DNA of 64,000 nucleotides from Azolla caroliniana (taxonomy: Eukaryota; Plantae; Polypodiophyta): assembly GCA_043228905.1 (NCBI GenBank), contig JBHGNT010000010.1, positions 11,470,001-11,534,000 of the forward strand. The letters are read 5' to 3'. The translations under genes and the position numbers were made by a program. The notes beneath the pieces were generated by a model. The model did no database searches, was not told where the DNA came from, and was given only the letters and a program-made list of their open reading frames with translations. Positions within the stretch are counted from its first letter, which is position 1; each line of letters starts with the position of its first letter. Shown in pieces: positions 49,817-62,100 of the stretch.

Positions 49817-52800
49817 CAAATAGAGAGGGAATAACAGTTAAGTGTCCTTTGAATGTGGTCATCTCCTGTGGAATTTTTGTGTTTGCATGGTTTCTTTATG
49901 TTTCCATGTGGTGGATATGTTTGTATATGTGATATGTATCATATGTTATGTGCTCTTATACATGGTATCTAAATGTGGTATGTAGTATGTGCAAAATGGT
50001 CTGCTCTATGTGGTACCTGAAATACAATATGTATCATATGGTATGTGCAATATCATATATATGATATGGAGTGTTGGGTATGCATGATATGTTATATGTG
50101 ATACTGTATGCCCTCTGTGGTATTTGTCACACCCACTGTATGTTTCTATATGGTGTGGGCAATATGTTAGCTGCAGTATGGTATGTGTTATGTGAGATAC
50201 TTCATGTTTTATGTGGTATGTCAAATACATTATGTACAGTATACAGTATAGTATATATATAGATATATGTACATGTATGTGTGTGTGTGTGTGGTATCAG
50301 ATGCTCCATGTGGTACGTTTTATGTTATATATTTCAAGAATGAGATCCTCTTGAAGAGAGACTACATATTGTTCAAGCATTTTGGAGGTTTTATGCAAAC
50401 ATTTTTGGTTTCCATTCCTCCTCGTAACGAGCTGAAATGGTTCTAATTGAAGAGCTGTGAGAAATCTTACAAATAGGCAGTTAAAGGAAATTATTAAGGT
50501 AACAAAATTTAGGCAGCTTTTATTCTGGTAAAAATCTGTTGTTTTTTACGGGAAGAGCTATTTCAGGCATCTCACGGATGAGAAAGTGAAAGGAAACTGT
50601 TAAGATAAATAAAATTTAGTGAAAGGAAACCATTGAGATAAAGAAATTGTAGCTAGTTGATATTCTGGTTGTTTTACTACAAGAGCTATGTTGCATCTCA
50701 TATATATTAAGTGAAAGGAAAGTGTTACAATAATTCAAGCCTTTTTCAGCAAGGTTTTTATACCAACAAATTTTTTGATTGTTATACCCCCTTAGTATGA
50801 AAGTGTACCGAAACGGCTCTATATCTCACAGATCGGAAATGAAAGGAAATTTTTAAGGTAAGTTGATAATTTGATCAATTGGAACTTGGGGCCATATTTC
50901 CTCATCCCATAATAAATCTCTGATTGTTTTAGCACGAGGGCATGGCTATTAGGCCTTTGTTCTTGGGAGATATTGTTATGAGCATGTCTTGTTTAATTGG
51001 TTATTGGAGACGCTCATGAAAATTGATATGTTGATCTACCCGAGGATAGCTTGTTATATGTGCACATCAAATTTGAGAGAGAAATCATGATGTCTTCATT
51101 TTTATTTTTGTTTGTTATCATGTGTATAAAGGCAGTAACAAGCTCGTGAACTTGTAACACTCAGATGTCTCATGGTGTTATTCACAATTGGTTGCTAGTC
51201 AATCAAACAATATTGTGTTAGTGCTATGCTGAGCAAGTCTAGACCATAGTGTATGGTATGATTTGTCAAAAAGAAGATAGGGAGTGGACCTATGCCAAAA
51301 TAAAGTAGAACATTCAACTTGGGAATGAAAGAGGATATATCAATTTCCACTAAACAATTCCCTTGAAGTAGTTTAATGCCATTTTAAGTCTGATAGATCA
51401 ATTTTTTGGAGAGGGACTTTTACAATTAAACTATCATCAATATGTAGGAGAAAAAATAGTATTATTTAATTGTGTATGTGTGACATGCAATCCCATGGGC
51501 GATGGGGAATTAAAGCTAATGTTTGTGATAGAGTTTTATTTGCTATACATTTTGAGAGAACGTTGAGGGGTAGCTTAATTATTAGCATATTTGATATATA
51601 GCCAACAACGCTTTTGCTTTTATATCATTAATGCAATTTATGCTTTATGAGCACCACCCAAGAAGTTTTCGTTTCTAATGTGGATCTAGAACCATCTTAT
51701 CAAAGTTACATCAAAATATTTACGAGACTAAGCATCTATAATACAACCATCCTTGTTGGGATCTATAATGTTCAATGACCACCATCTTTGGGTCTCTTGG
51801 AAGTGTGAGGCCTACTTGGGCTAGTTGAATCCGTACTATACCCTTGGTCACTTGGAAGGCAGGTTAAGCTAATACAAGATAATAACAATAACAAAATTAT
51901 TTATGTTATGCAATATAGTTACCATCTAATAATATAAATACGTGGAAATATATAATTCTATATTTGATAAAATATAGGCAAATGAATGTTGGACAAACTT
52001 TTTGGCCCAAAGTGGGAATTTTCCTACTTTAAAATCTTAAGTGATCACTTCTTTTAAAATAAGTTGGAGGTCTTTGCAGTCTTCATCGCCGTTGAGCTTG
52101 TTACGCATGGACGACTTCATGAAGGGTCAATGACAATTTATAAGCATGGAGTGGCTTGAAAACACTACGCCAACACTGAGGCACCGTGGCCATCGGTAGT
52201 AGTCACGGTCTTAATGGTCCACTTAACTCACCCTTGACCATATGCTCTAAGTCGCTCCATCATTCTACCATTTTCATGCTTTGATTAATTTTAAAACATG
52301 TAAAAGCCATTGCATTTGAGGCATATAATTTAGCGATACTATTTTGTTGTTTATTTTTAAACCTTGTAAAAGACACCACATTCGTGCAATATTAGTTAGT
52401 GACACCATTTTGTTTATTTTAAAAAATTATAAAATGCACTACATTCGTGGCATACCATTTAGCAACACCGTTTTGCATGTATCTCTATAATAGCCTACAT
52501 TTTGAGTTCCAAAATCGTGCATTAGTCTCTCTTCACTATTGTGTGTGAGTGCGAGGAGGGTTAAATAGTTGCTAGTGAATGTGTCTCGAAACTCCCTGAT
52601 CATCTTGGGGGTGTTCACCTTGTTTCGTTCATTCTCATCCTACTTCGCTTTGTCATATTGCATTCAAATCCACACTCACATTCAAGTCCCCAATCGGATT
52701 CATTCGAGTTCCCACTTGGATTCAAGCCCCATTTGGATATGAACCCCCACCTTCATTCACGTCTTCCCTCGTCCAAGACCCATGTGGTCTCGCGCAAACA

Positions 52801-55641
52801 TTAGGCGCACGCATATTTTCGCGAAAATGTTGTGAGATAACCATTCATTGTGTTATCACTTCACCACTTCACACATGTAATCAAGTGTGAAGACTCCAAA
52901 GTTTAGGGTTTTTGCCAATAAAAGAAGGCTCACTACCTTCTTATAAGGAGAGGTTTGACTTATGTTGGGACTATGTCTGTGTGTCTATGACTCTTGTTAG
53001 CTAAGCATGTACAATCCTTGCGGAACACAAATTATGACTCACATCAACCCTCGATGGTTTAAGACGTTGAGGAGGTTCAGGTCTATCTCAACCATCACTA
53101 GGGGGTGGTTGGTTGGTCTAGCACCCAACTTTCCTTTCCTTATGTTGAGTGGACAAGCTCAACATGATCCTGATCGGTTGAATAAGCCAAGAGTCGGATC
53201 ACTATCCGGAACGAAGAGCCGGATCGTTGTCCAAAACGGAGAGCCAGATTAGTATTCGGATCAATGTAACCAGTAGGCCGTTAGAGGCTTACGGTCCTAG
53301 CCTAGTAGATAGGCATATTTTAGGAGTTAGCATCATAACCCAGTACGAGCATTGAAGTACTTGTTAGTACTTCTGTCAGTCCTTTTAAGGACATGTATAA
53401 AAGGTGTTCTAAAGCACATTTGTATGTACAAAGTTTATAGAGTATTTCGAAATAGAGTTTCATTGTTCTGTTCTGCTCTCTCTCTGTCTCTCCCGCGTAC
53501 TCTCTATATGTGTGATTCAAGCTTTCCATTAAACCTTTGTTCTATTCCTGTTGCTATCCGGTAGAACCAGTTGTGTCTACAAGCTTCTACATGCTATTCT
53601 TTTCATCCTATCAAAGCGCAAGGGTTGAGAATCCTCTGAATCAGATGCCGACAAGAGTTGTAGCACAGACAAACCCTAATACCCAGTAAGAACAAACAGA
53701 AGAGGAAATGCATAGAAGCATGGCAAGCTCGCTTCCGATGGAGAAGCTCGACAGAAGCAACTATTGATCTTGGTCGTACAAGATGCACCAGTACCTGTTG
53801 GGTCACGATTACTGGAGTTATGTCGAAGGAGCGAACAAAGTATCGCCGGATTCGGCACACAATAATTTCCCGGCTTGGAAACAAGGAGCGAGCAGTGTGT
53901 TGTATTGCCTCGCATCCTGTGTGCACAACCAAATGTTGGGCTACATCAGAGACGCAAAAACGTCGAATGAAGCCTAGGAAATTCTCAAAAAGATTTTCGC
54001 CGCAACTACCACGACACGAAAGTTGCAGCTCTAGCAATAGCTCAATAGTGTCTGGCAAAGGGACATGTCGGTCACTGACTACACCATGAAGATAAAGGAG
54101 ATATGTGATGCACTAGGGTTCATCAACGTGACAGTGATGAAGAAGAGATGGTGCAAATCTGCCTCAGTGGTCTAGCATAGAGGTACGGGCCAATCTGGAT
54201 GGCACTTGGGAGAAGCCACCATCCTTCTTCAACTTGCAATCGATGGTAATGGTCAAAGAAATCCACGCGAGTGGGTCGAGGACCACTCAATCAGACAACC
54301 AGATGTTGCACATGGAGGCAGATCAGCCCCATGGGCGTGGAGAACAATGTGGATTGGCACACAACAGAGGCGGACGACAAGAGCAAGAAAGAAGGCATAG
54401 AGGTGGTGCCAATAGCAGTTCTAAACCCTCCACAAGCAAGGGGAGTCCAGGCGGGGCCAAAAACCGGTAAGTAAAAGCCGACACGGAATGCTGGTATTGT
54501 GGCAAGATAGGCCACCAAGAGAGCGAGTGTTGGAAGAAGCGCACTGATTCAGACTAATCCGGATCTGGCAAAGCCGAACACAAAAAATGGCAAAGGTCGC
54601 ACTACGTAGAAGGATTCGAAGGATCCGAAACCAAAAAGACCGGAAAAGGGTCAGCCTTTGTGATGAAGCACAAGGCGAACTCGATGAAGAAGACCACCTC
54701 ACAATCGGACAAGGTGTGGTACGTTGACTCCGGAGCGTCAAATCATACGACGAGCCATGAAGAATGATTCTTATACTTAGAGAAATCGGAGCAATCTGGA
54801 GTGATCGAAACCGGAGAAGACACTTTGCATCCGATTGCACATGTCAAAGAAGTTCCCCTCAGCCATGTTGGACAGAAGGGGAAACTCATGAATGTGCCAC
54901 ACATCTTGACAATAACAAAGAACATGGTGTCGGTCGGTTAGATCGTCAACTAGGGAATGCAAGTTTGATTCGCCCATCTTGGGTGCTTCATCAAGGAAGA
55001 AGGCCAAATCATCGTGCAAGGACGTCGGGATGGGAGGATGTTCATCCTCAACACCAATGATGTTGGCACCGCTTTATTCGCAAAAGGACAGAAAGTCGAG
55101 TTGAATGTCGACTTGTGGCACAAGCAAATCAACCACGCCAACTATCAGAGGCTTCAAGAACTACAATCGAAACAAGTAGTATTCGGATTGCCGAAATTTA
55201 GTGGCCGAAAAGCCCAAATTTGTGAAGTCTGCCAGCTTGGGAAGCAACAGCGACTTCCCTTCCCCAATGAGCAAAACCGGAGCCGGAATAAGCTCGACTT
55301 GATACATTTGGATGTAAGGGGACTGACACGGAATGTAAGTCTTGGTGGGAGTCGATATTTCGTCTACTTCATCGACAAGTATAGCCGGCACACATGGATC
55401 TACCTCATCGAAAAGAAGAATGAAGTCTTCGACTATTTCTGGAACCTTCAGAGTTTGGTCGAACGGGAAACGGACAGGAAGATAAAGTGCTTGCAGTCGA
55501 ATGGCGGAAAAAAATACTTTCCTGGCTAATTCAACAGTTATTTGCATCAGAAGGGAATTCAGCTGTAGATATACGCCGCAACAAAACGGCATAGCCGAGT
55601 GGAAGAACTGGTCGATTGTGGAGGCGGAAAGGGAAATGTTG

Positions 55642-56490
55642 TGTTAGGAAATAGGTCCCTCCGGATGGGAAGTGAGAAGAACAGTACTGATGAGTAAACT
55701 TGGCCGAGGCCGAAACCGAATGTGGACTACCCGGCAACGGAAGACCCAGTGAGAACCGGATGACGAGTACCCGGCAAGAGCCGGATGGTGAAGACCCGGT
55801 GAGAACCGGATGTGGTGTACCCGGCAAGCGCCGGATGAGGAGTACCCGGCTATGGAGGACCCGGTGAGAACCGGATGACGAGTACCCGGCAAGAGCCGGA
55901 TGGTGAAGACCCGGTGAGAACCGGATGTGGTGTACCCGGCAAGCACCGGATGAGGAGTACCTGGCTACGGAGGACCCGGTGAGAACCGGATGACGAGTAC
56001 CCGGCAAGAGCCGGATGATGAAGGCCCGGTGAGAAGTGTTGACCGGATGAAGGGACATATTTGTAAATATGTTTTCTGAGAGTCCATCGGGGCTATATTT
56101 GTAAATAGCCGAAAAGTCATATTAGTATAAATATGACTTAGGGCAAACTTAGAGGGTGTTGTTGTCATTTTCTTGTTGGCGCAAGATTAGAGCGTGCAAC
56201 TGTGTACAGAGAGAGTGAGAGAGAGGAAGAGGTTGTTGCCTTTGATTGTAACCGCCGCCTGTGGCGAAGATAGTAAGCTCGAGGTCGTGGCCTCGGTGCT
56301 TTCTTATTGTACATTCTAACATAATAAGAAAATGTACAATAAGAAAGCACACCGAGTTGGGTTTTCCACGTAAACATCCTGTGTACTCTTCTCTCTATCG
56401 TGTTGTGTTTCATTCCCTGTTTTTTTTGTGTTTTATTCTAGGCTCAGTTGTGGCCGAGCGTTGTTCATCGGGAGCGTGTAGTTCCTGTCA
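55642..56490 (+). mobile_element. Solo LTR with an internal tandem-repeat array
   Basis: TG...CA, TSD TGTTG/TGCTG, homologous to 34634-35354; GGTGAGAACCGGATG repeats about 55730-56050. Confidence 0.9.
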
Positions 56491-57716
56491 TGCTGGAGGA
56501 GAAGAGCATGCCCAAGTTCTATTGGGCCGAAGCTATCCGGACGATAGTCTACATCCAAAACGGATTGGGGAGAATGTGTCAGCACACGAACTATATTTCA
56601 GGCGAAAGCCGAACTTACGACACCGGAGGATATCCAACCGCATTGCCTATGTGCATGGGCCCGATGAGATGCAGAGGAAGTTGGAACCGAAGTCGGAGAA
56701 GTGCATATTGGTTGGCTACTCTCATGAGCATAAGCGGTATAAGTGTTATAACCCTCGGACCAAACAAGTTCGAGTAAGCTGCGATGTCGAATTCAATGAG
56801 GCGGCATCCTAGTATTGTTTACCGACTCTAACCCCTGACAACTCCAACCACCCGATCACTAGGGATGAGGCCAGTGAACTTGACATGATTCGGGAAGAAG
56901 AAAAAGAAGAAGAAGAAGACATCGGAGCTTTGGAAGCGAGTTCGATTTCATTCCGGTTCCTCTCTCTGCGCAAGGAACCGAGGAGACGGTTCATGCTGTC
57001 GTGAAGATTTTCGTCCACGAGCGGAAACCCGAGCAACGAGAGCCAAAGAGCGATGTGCAACGTTGCACACGTACATAATGTATTTGTAATAATAATAGGG
57101 GTAAAGGGTATGGTCCTAGAAATGCCCCATAAGATCCCTAAGGTATAAAGGCGATGTGGTCTTGTGCACACATCCACGCGAGAGAGAGAGAGAGAGGTAC
57201 TATGCGGTACATAGGTACCTAGTTGTTTGTGAGGAGGTGGGAGTTAAGGGGCCATCAATCTCACCCTCCCCAGATCAAGGCAAATATCCCCTTTGAATGA
57301 AAGGGGATATTTTAGTCTCACTTTTGTAAACGGTCTTCCCTCCTTGTGCTATAAAAGGAGAGGGAAGGCACCATTGTGGGGGTTGCCTATTTTGAGTGTG
57401 CAAGGTATACCACATAGGTCGAGCATTAGGGTTAGGGTTTCTTTATCTTTATCTTCATCTTCGTCGGTTAGGGTTTCGAGTAGTCGTTTGGTGCGGCCTA
57501 TGCGGCCATCATTTTGTAATCGTTCATTTCGTTTTAATACATCTTGTTGATCATCTTGTCTCCATCTTCCTCTTGTTCGATCTAATCTCTTGTTCATTCT
57601 TCTTCTTCTTGAGCAAAGCTTCCATTCCATGTCCGATTCCTTCTCCTCTACTCCTTAGTCCAAGACCCCCGTGGTCCCGCCCTTCTCCACGCACGCATGT
57701 AGCAACGCGACATATT

Positions 57717-57734
57717 TGGTGAACCCGACGTGAA
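57717..57734 (+). promoter_or_regulatory. PBS complementary to the tRNA-Trp 3' end
   Basis: TGGTGAACCCGACGTGAA is the reverse complement of ...UUCACGUCGGGUUCACCA, the plant cytosolic tRNA-Trp 3' end as I recall it. Confidence 0.8.
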
Positions 57735-57756
57735 GAGGCGGCAAGGGAGGAAGGAA

Positions 57757-59151
57757 ATGGAAGACGGAGACATCGCGGAAGTAATTACGAGAATGGCAAG
57801 GGATTTCGCAAGAAGGAGAGAAAGACGGGAAGAGGCGTACAAGTACGATCGACGCGAGTTCGATCTATGGGTGTCGTCGGCAAAGGCTCCTCGAAGCGTG
57901 ATGAAGGCATTCTGGGAGTTCGATCTCCGGTTTTCCCAACTTTTGGTCCGGGATCAAGAATCGGTGGGGGCGGACAAGGTCCCACTATTCTTGAAGTCGG
58001 TCAACGAAAGGGGGAGAATGGCCATTTTTCCCTACCTCGAAGATGATGAAGGGGCGTACGGCCTCACCGAAGATTGGAACGAGGTAGAATGGGCGTGCAT
58101 ACAATGCGATGAGAGGCGGTCGGCCGCAACGCGGGCCGCGAGCGGCGGAGAAGAGAGAGCGGTGACCGACTACGCACTATCACCGGAAGAGAGCTCAACG
58201 CAAATCGGCTCGGAGGAGCTCGACATCGAAGCCTTGGTGCGGGAAGAGTACGAGATCGTAGAAGCACAAGTCGAAGCCGAAGAAGGGCTTATTGCGGAGT
58301 CGGGCCCAAGCGGATTGGAGGATGAGGAGGCCGAAAGAGAATGGTACATCGGTACCACGGGAGAGGGTGCGGGACGAGCCACCCTCTCGACATGCGGAGA
58401 AAGATCGACCGAGGACGAGGTCGGGGATGGTGAGGCGGCGATCGGCGATTCGAGCGGACATGAGGGAGTTCGGGCATGGAGGCCCGAAACATCGAGCGAG
58501 GAGGAGACAAGCGGCGGTGCCGCGACCTTACACGCACCGGTTCAAGAGACCCCGGCGGCCGGCCCGAGTGCCCGCGTGAGACCTAGGGTAACGAACGGTG
58601 GCGGCGGCAAGGCAGGCGACCACGGCGACGATGTGGGAGAGGGTGCGGAGCGAGCGACCCTCTCGACTTGTGGAAAGAGGACGGCCATGGATGAGGCCGA
58701 TATCTACGGAGCAATGGACGCCACTTCGAGAGTGGGCGAAAGTTTTGGGACGCGGTTGCCTGAAACGTTCTACGAGGATTTCGCGAGCATACTCGAGGCT
58801 TGCAAAATCGAGGAAGAAGAGGAGACGAGTGGCGGTGCCGCAACCTTCCACACACCGGTCCTAGAGATTCCGGCAACCGGCCCGAGAGCCGGTGTGAGAC
58901 CTAGAGAGACGGACGGTGGCGGCGGCAAGGCGGGCAACCGAAATGACGAAGAGGAGGTTCGTAGCAGAAGGAGGCGAGATCCCTTGACACCGGGGCCGGA
59001 GACTTCGGCGGGTGCGCCCGAGCGCGGACATAAGACCAGAGAGATGGGCGGTGGCCGTGAGGATGAGAGGCCCGGAGTGGGCACGTGCGAAAAGACCGAA
59101 GGAGAGGTCCGGAGCGGCATCGAGGAGCGAGTCAGGAACCGACCCGACTGA
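57757..59151 (+). CDS. Gag-derived protein with an acidic, internally duplicated C-terminus
   Basis: N-terminal EFDLRFSQL..RD......KV.LF.KS......DW..V...C aligns with gag piece 6347-6625; GEGA.RATLSTCG and EEETSGGAAT.H.PV...GGGGKAG each occur twice. Confidence 0.65.
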   Translation: MEDGDIAEVITRMARDFARRRERREEAYKYDRREFDLWVSSAKAPRSVMKAFWEFDLRFSQLLVRDQESVGADKVPLFLKSVNERGRMAIFPYLEDDEGAYGLTEDWNEVEWACIQCDERRSAATRAASGGEERAVTDYALSPEESSTQIGSEELDIEALVREEYEIVEAQVEAEEGLIAESGPSGLEDEEAEREWYIGTTGEGAGRATLSTCGERSTEDEVGDGEAAIGDSSGHEGVRAWRPETSSEEETSGGAATLHAPVQETPAAGPSARVRPRVTNGGGGKAGDHGDDVGEGAERATLSTCGKRTAMDEADIYGAMDATSRVGESFGTRLPETFYEDFASILEACKIEEEEETSGGAATFHTPVLEIPATGPRAGVRPRETDGGGGKAGNRNDEEEVRSRRRRDPLTPGPETSAGAPERGHKTREMGGGREDERPGVGTCEKTEGEVRSGIEERVRNRPD

Positions 59152-62100
59152 AAGATGAGTCGGTCGGTAATCCGACCCGACCGGGAGGCGAAGCGGAAGA
59201 AGAGTGAAGCGGGGTCCGGTCAACTGGGCCCAAACCGAAGAAGAACCGGCGAGGCCGGATTTGCGTGGACAAACATGTACCGGGCGGTTACGATTACGGA
59301 AGGGAGCCGACCAAACCGGAACTCGATCGGCTGAGACCGATCCGAGCGAAGGCTAAGTCGGCATGATTGGAGATCGGGGAGGACGGGTCACAACACGCGA
59401 CGAGAGCCGGTGAGCGTATTGAGGAGGCCTAGTGGGCACGGTGATCGCGGCTTGCTAGAAGACCGAGAGTGAGAGGGACCTTCCACACCCATTCTAGAGA
59501 CTTCGGCGGTTGCGGATCAACGTGAGACCGGAGAGACGGCGGGTGGTGGCGAGGAGTCGGAGGCCGAAGCGGACAAAGTTATCGGAGCGGGTATCCGATA
59601 TGAGATGATGGACAAGCGGGTCCAAGATGGCGAGCCTGGGTTGGAAGGGGCTATGGTGACAAAGGAAGAAGTGGCCGACGCGGAGGTCGGGTCTACGGCG
59701 GATAAAGGGCGTAACACGAAGCATGCACTACGGTCGGTGAAGGGCCCAAGAACGAGCATGCATCCGAGGGAGCGTCAACGAGTGACCGAAAACGGTGGAC
59801 TGATTGAGCCTTTGAGAGGCGAGGACTCGATGGTGGACCGAGAGTGGGAGGAACCCTCCACACCTATGCATGAGACTTCGGCGGTTGCGGATCAACGGAA
59901 GACCGAAGAGATGGCGGGTGGCGGCGAGGAGTTGGAGACCGACGCGGAGGTCGGGTCTACGGCGGAAGCGCGACATGAGACGCATGCAATACGGCCGGTG
60001 GAGGGCCAAGACACGAGCATGCATACGGCGGATGGGTGACAATGATTGACCAACGATGACGGCCGGGTCAAGCCTTCGAGAGGCAAGCGCGGGACGAAGG
60101 ACGGCGCGGCGAAACACCAAGACCGACGACATGGGCTGAGCGCAATCGGCATGAGCGGAGAGTCGTGTCTAGGAAAACGGAGGAGGTGCGTGGAGAACGG
60201 AGGGCTACGCACCGGGAAGAGAAAACGCGGTGTCCCGAAGGACATGCGAGGCCAATCTGGCCAAGAGGGCGCGGGTCGAGGCAAAGCGGTAACGAGAGCC
60301 ACGAAGAAGGACGGGGAGATGGCACGCTCTACCGCGAGAGAGCACGGCGAAAAAAGGGAAAGCGAAAACCGCGTGATGGGGTCATCGAAGGACCGAAGCA
60401 CGAGCACGCATTCGGAGGAGAGCATCGACATACGGGGAAAGCCTACGGAAGGCAAGCGCGGAGCGGAGAGAGTCGGCACGCCGAGGTGTGCGGCACGCAA
60501 AGGGCGGAATCCGGCATGCGACCGGGAGCGCATCCGAGGGATATACGAGGCGGACAAAGGAAGAGCAACCGGGTCGGCGACGGCGTTCGGGAGGACTGAA
60601 CGGGGAGGAAAGCACGGGCATCGGATACGGCGGGTCGGATGTAGTCGGTGGTTCAAGGACCCACGATGGACGTGGCGGATCGAGTGGAGGCAACGACTCG
60701 GCGAACATCGTCGAGTGTGGCGGATCGGATGGCGCCGACGGTTTGAGACCATTCGACGAGGATGGTGGACCGGAAGGCGGCGGTGGTTCGTGTGGACGGG
60801 GTGGTCTTGCTCGAAGTGGAAGACAAAACCGGGCGGGCCCACGAGGACGCTAAGGACTCGGCCGGTCGTCGTGGCCGAAAATCTCGTGTTCTCTCCCCTA
60901 TGTTTTGGCACATACCGGTGGATGTGCGGTTAGGTGGGGGCGGATGTCGTGAAGATTTTCGTCCACGAGCGGAAACCCGAGCAATGAGAGCCAAAGAGCG
61001 ATGTGCAACGTTGCACACATACATAATGTATTTGTATTAATAATAGGGGTAAAGGGTATGGTGCTAGAAATGCCCCATAAGATCCCTAAGGTATAAAGGT
61101 GATGTGGTCTTGTGCACACATCCACGCGAGAGAGAGAGAGAGAGAGAGGTACTATGCAGTACATAGGTACCTAGTTGTTTGTGAGGAGGTGGGAGTTAAG
61201 GGGCCATCAATCTCACCCTCCCCAAATCAAGGCAAATATCCCCTTTGAATGAAAGGGGATATTTTAGTCTCACTTTTGTAAACGGTCTTCCCTCCTAGTG
61301 CTATAAAAGGAGAGGGAAGGCACCATTGTGGGGGTTGCCTATTTTGAGTGTGCAAGGTATACCACATAGGTCGAGCGTTAGGGTTAGGGTTTCTTTATCT
61401 TTATCTTCATCTTCGTCGGTTAGGGTTTCGAGTAGTCGTTTGGTGCGGCCTATGCGGCCACCATTTTGTAATCGTTCATTTCGTTTTAATACATCTTGTT
61501 GATCATCTTGTCTCCATCTTCCTCTTGTTCAATCTAATCTCTTGTTCATTCTTCTTCTTCTTGAGCAAAGCTTCCATTCCATGTCCGATTCCTTCTCCTC
61601 TACTCCTTAGTCCAAGACCCCCGTGGTTCCGCCCTTCTCCACGCACGCGCGTAGCAACGCGACAACGCGGAAGGAAAAAAGGAAGAAGAATATGCTGGAA
61701 TACAGCATTGACAAAGAAGAGTCGGATCGGAGCAACTCCGACTCTGGAAAACATGAAGACGGACCTTCGGAGACGAAGTTCGGGTTGGCCAACAGTGCCC
61801 TAAAATCGGCAAACGAGAACCCCGTGAAGCAGTATGGTTATAATGAGTACTTGGCGCATCATTATGCATACATGACGAAAGTGGCGGAAGTGCGTGAGCC
61901 GGAGAGCTACGTAGAAGCAGCAAAAGACGCAAATTGGCGTGCTGCAATGGAGGAAGAATGAGACTTGGGACCTGGATGACACCCCCAATGGTGTGAAGCC
62001 GATCTTATGCAAGTGGATGTACAAGATCAAATACAATGCAGACGGCTTTGTCAATCAGTACAAGGCTCGGTTAGTGGCCAAGGGCTATGCACAACAACAT

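Larger units (their letters stand above)
56997..61664 (+). mobile_element. Young non-autonomous (gag-only) LTR retrotransposon, tRNA-Trp primed
   Basis: LTRs 56997-57712 and 60945-61664 (about 14 substitutions counted by eye), 4-bp TSD ATGC/ACGC, PBS 57717-57734, PPT 60932-60944, no pol motifs. Confidence 0.92.

Noticed and set aside
49880-50300. Short ORFs in a TG/TA-rich tract
   Set aside because: Low-complexity simple-repeat sequence
51900-53100. Possible DNA-transposon or gene remnant
   Set aside because: No terminal repeats, TSD or recognisable coding motif could be established
55730-56050. Repeat-spacer appearance suggestive of CRISPR
   Set aside because: The spacers are themselves repeated, the array lies inside a eukaryotic LTR, and there are no cas genes
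57426-57477. TTAGGG/TTAGGGTTT telomere-like motifs
   Set aside because: Only 2-3 units inside an LTR (also in the partner LTR); telo-box-like, not an interstitial telomere array
59892-60933. Long overlapping Arg-rich (+, 295 aa) and Pro/Arg-rich (-, 339 aa) ORFs
   Set aside because: GC-rich, stop-poor internal region of the non-autonomous element; no recognisable domain
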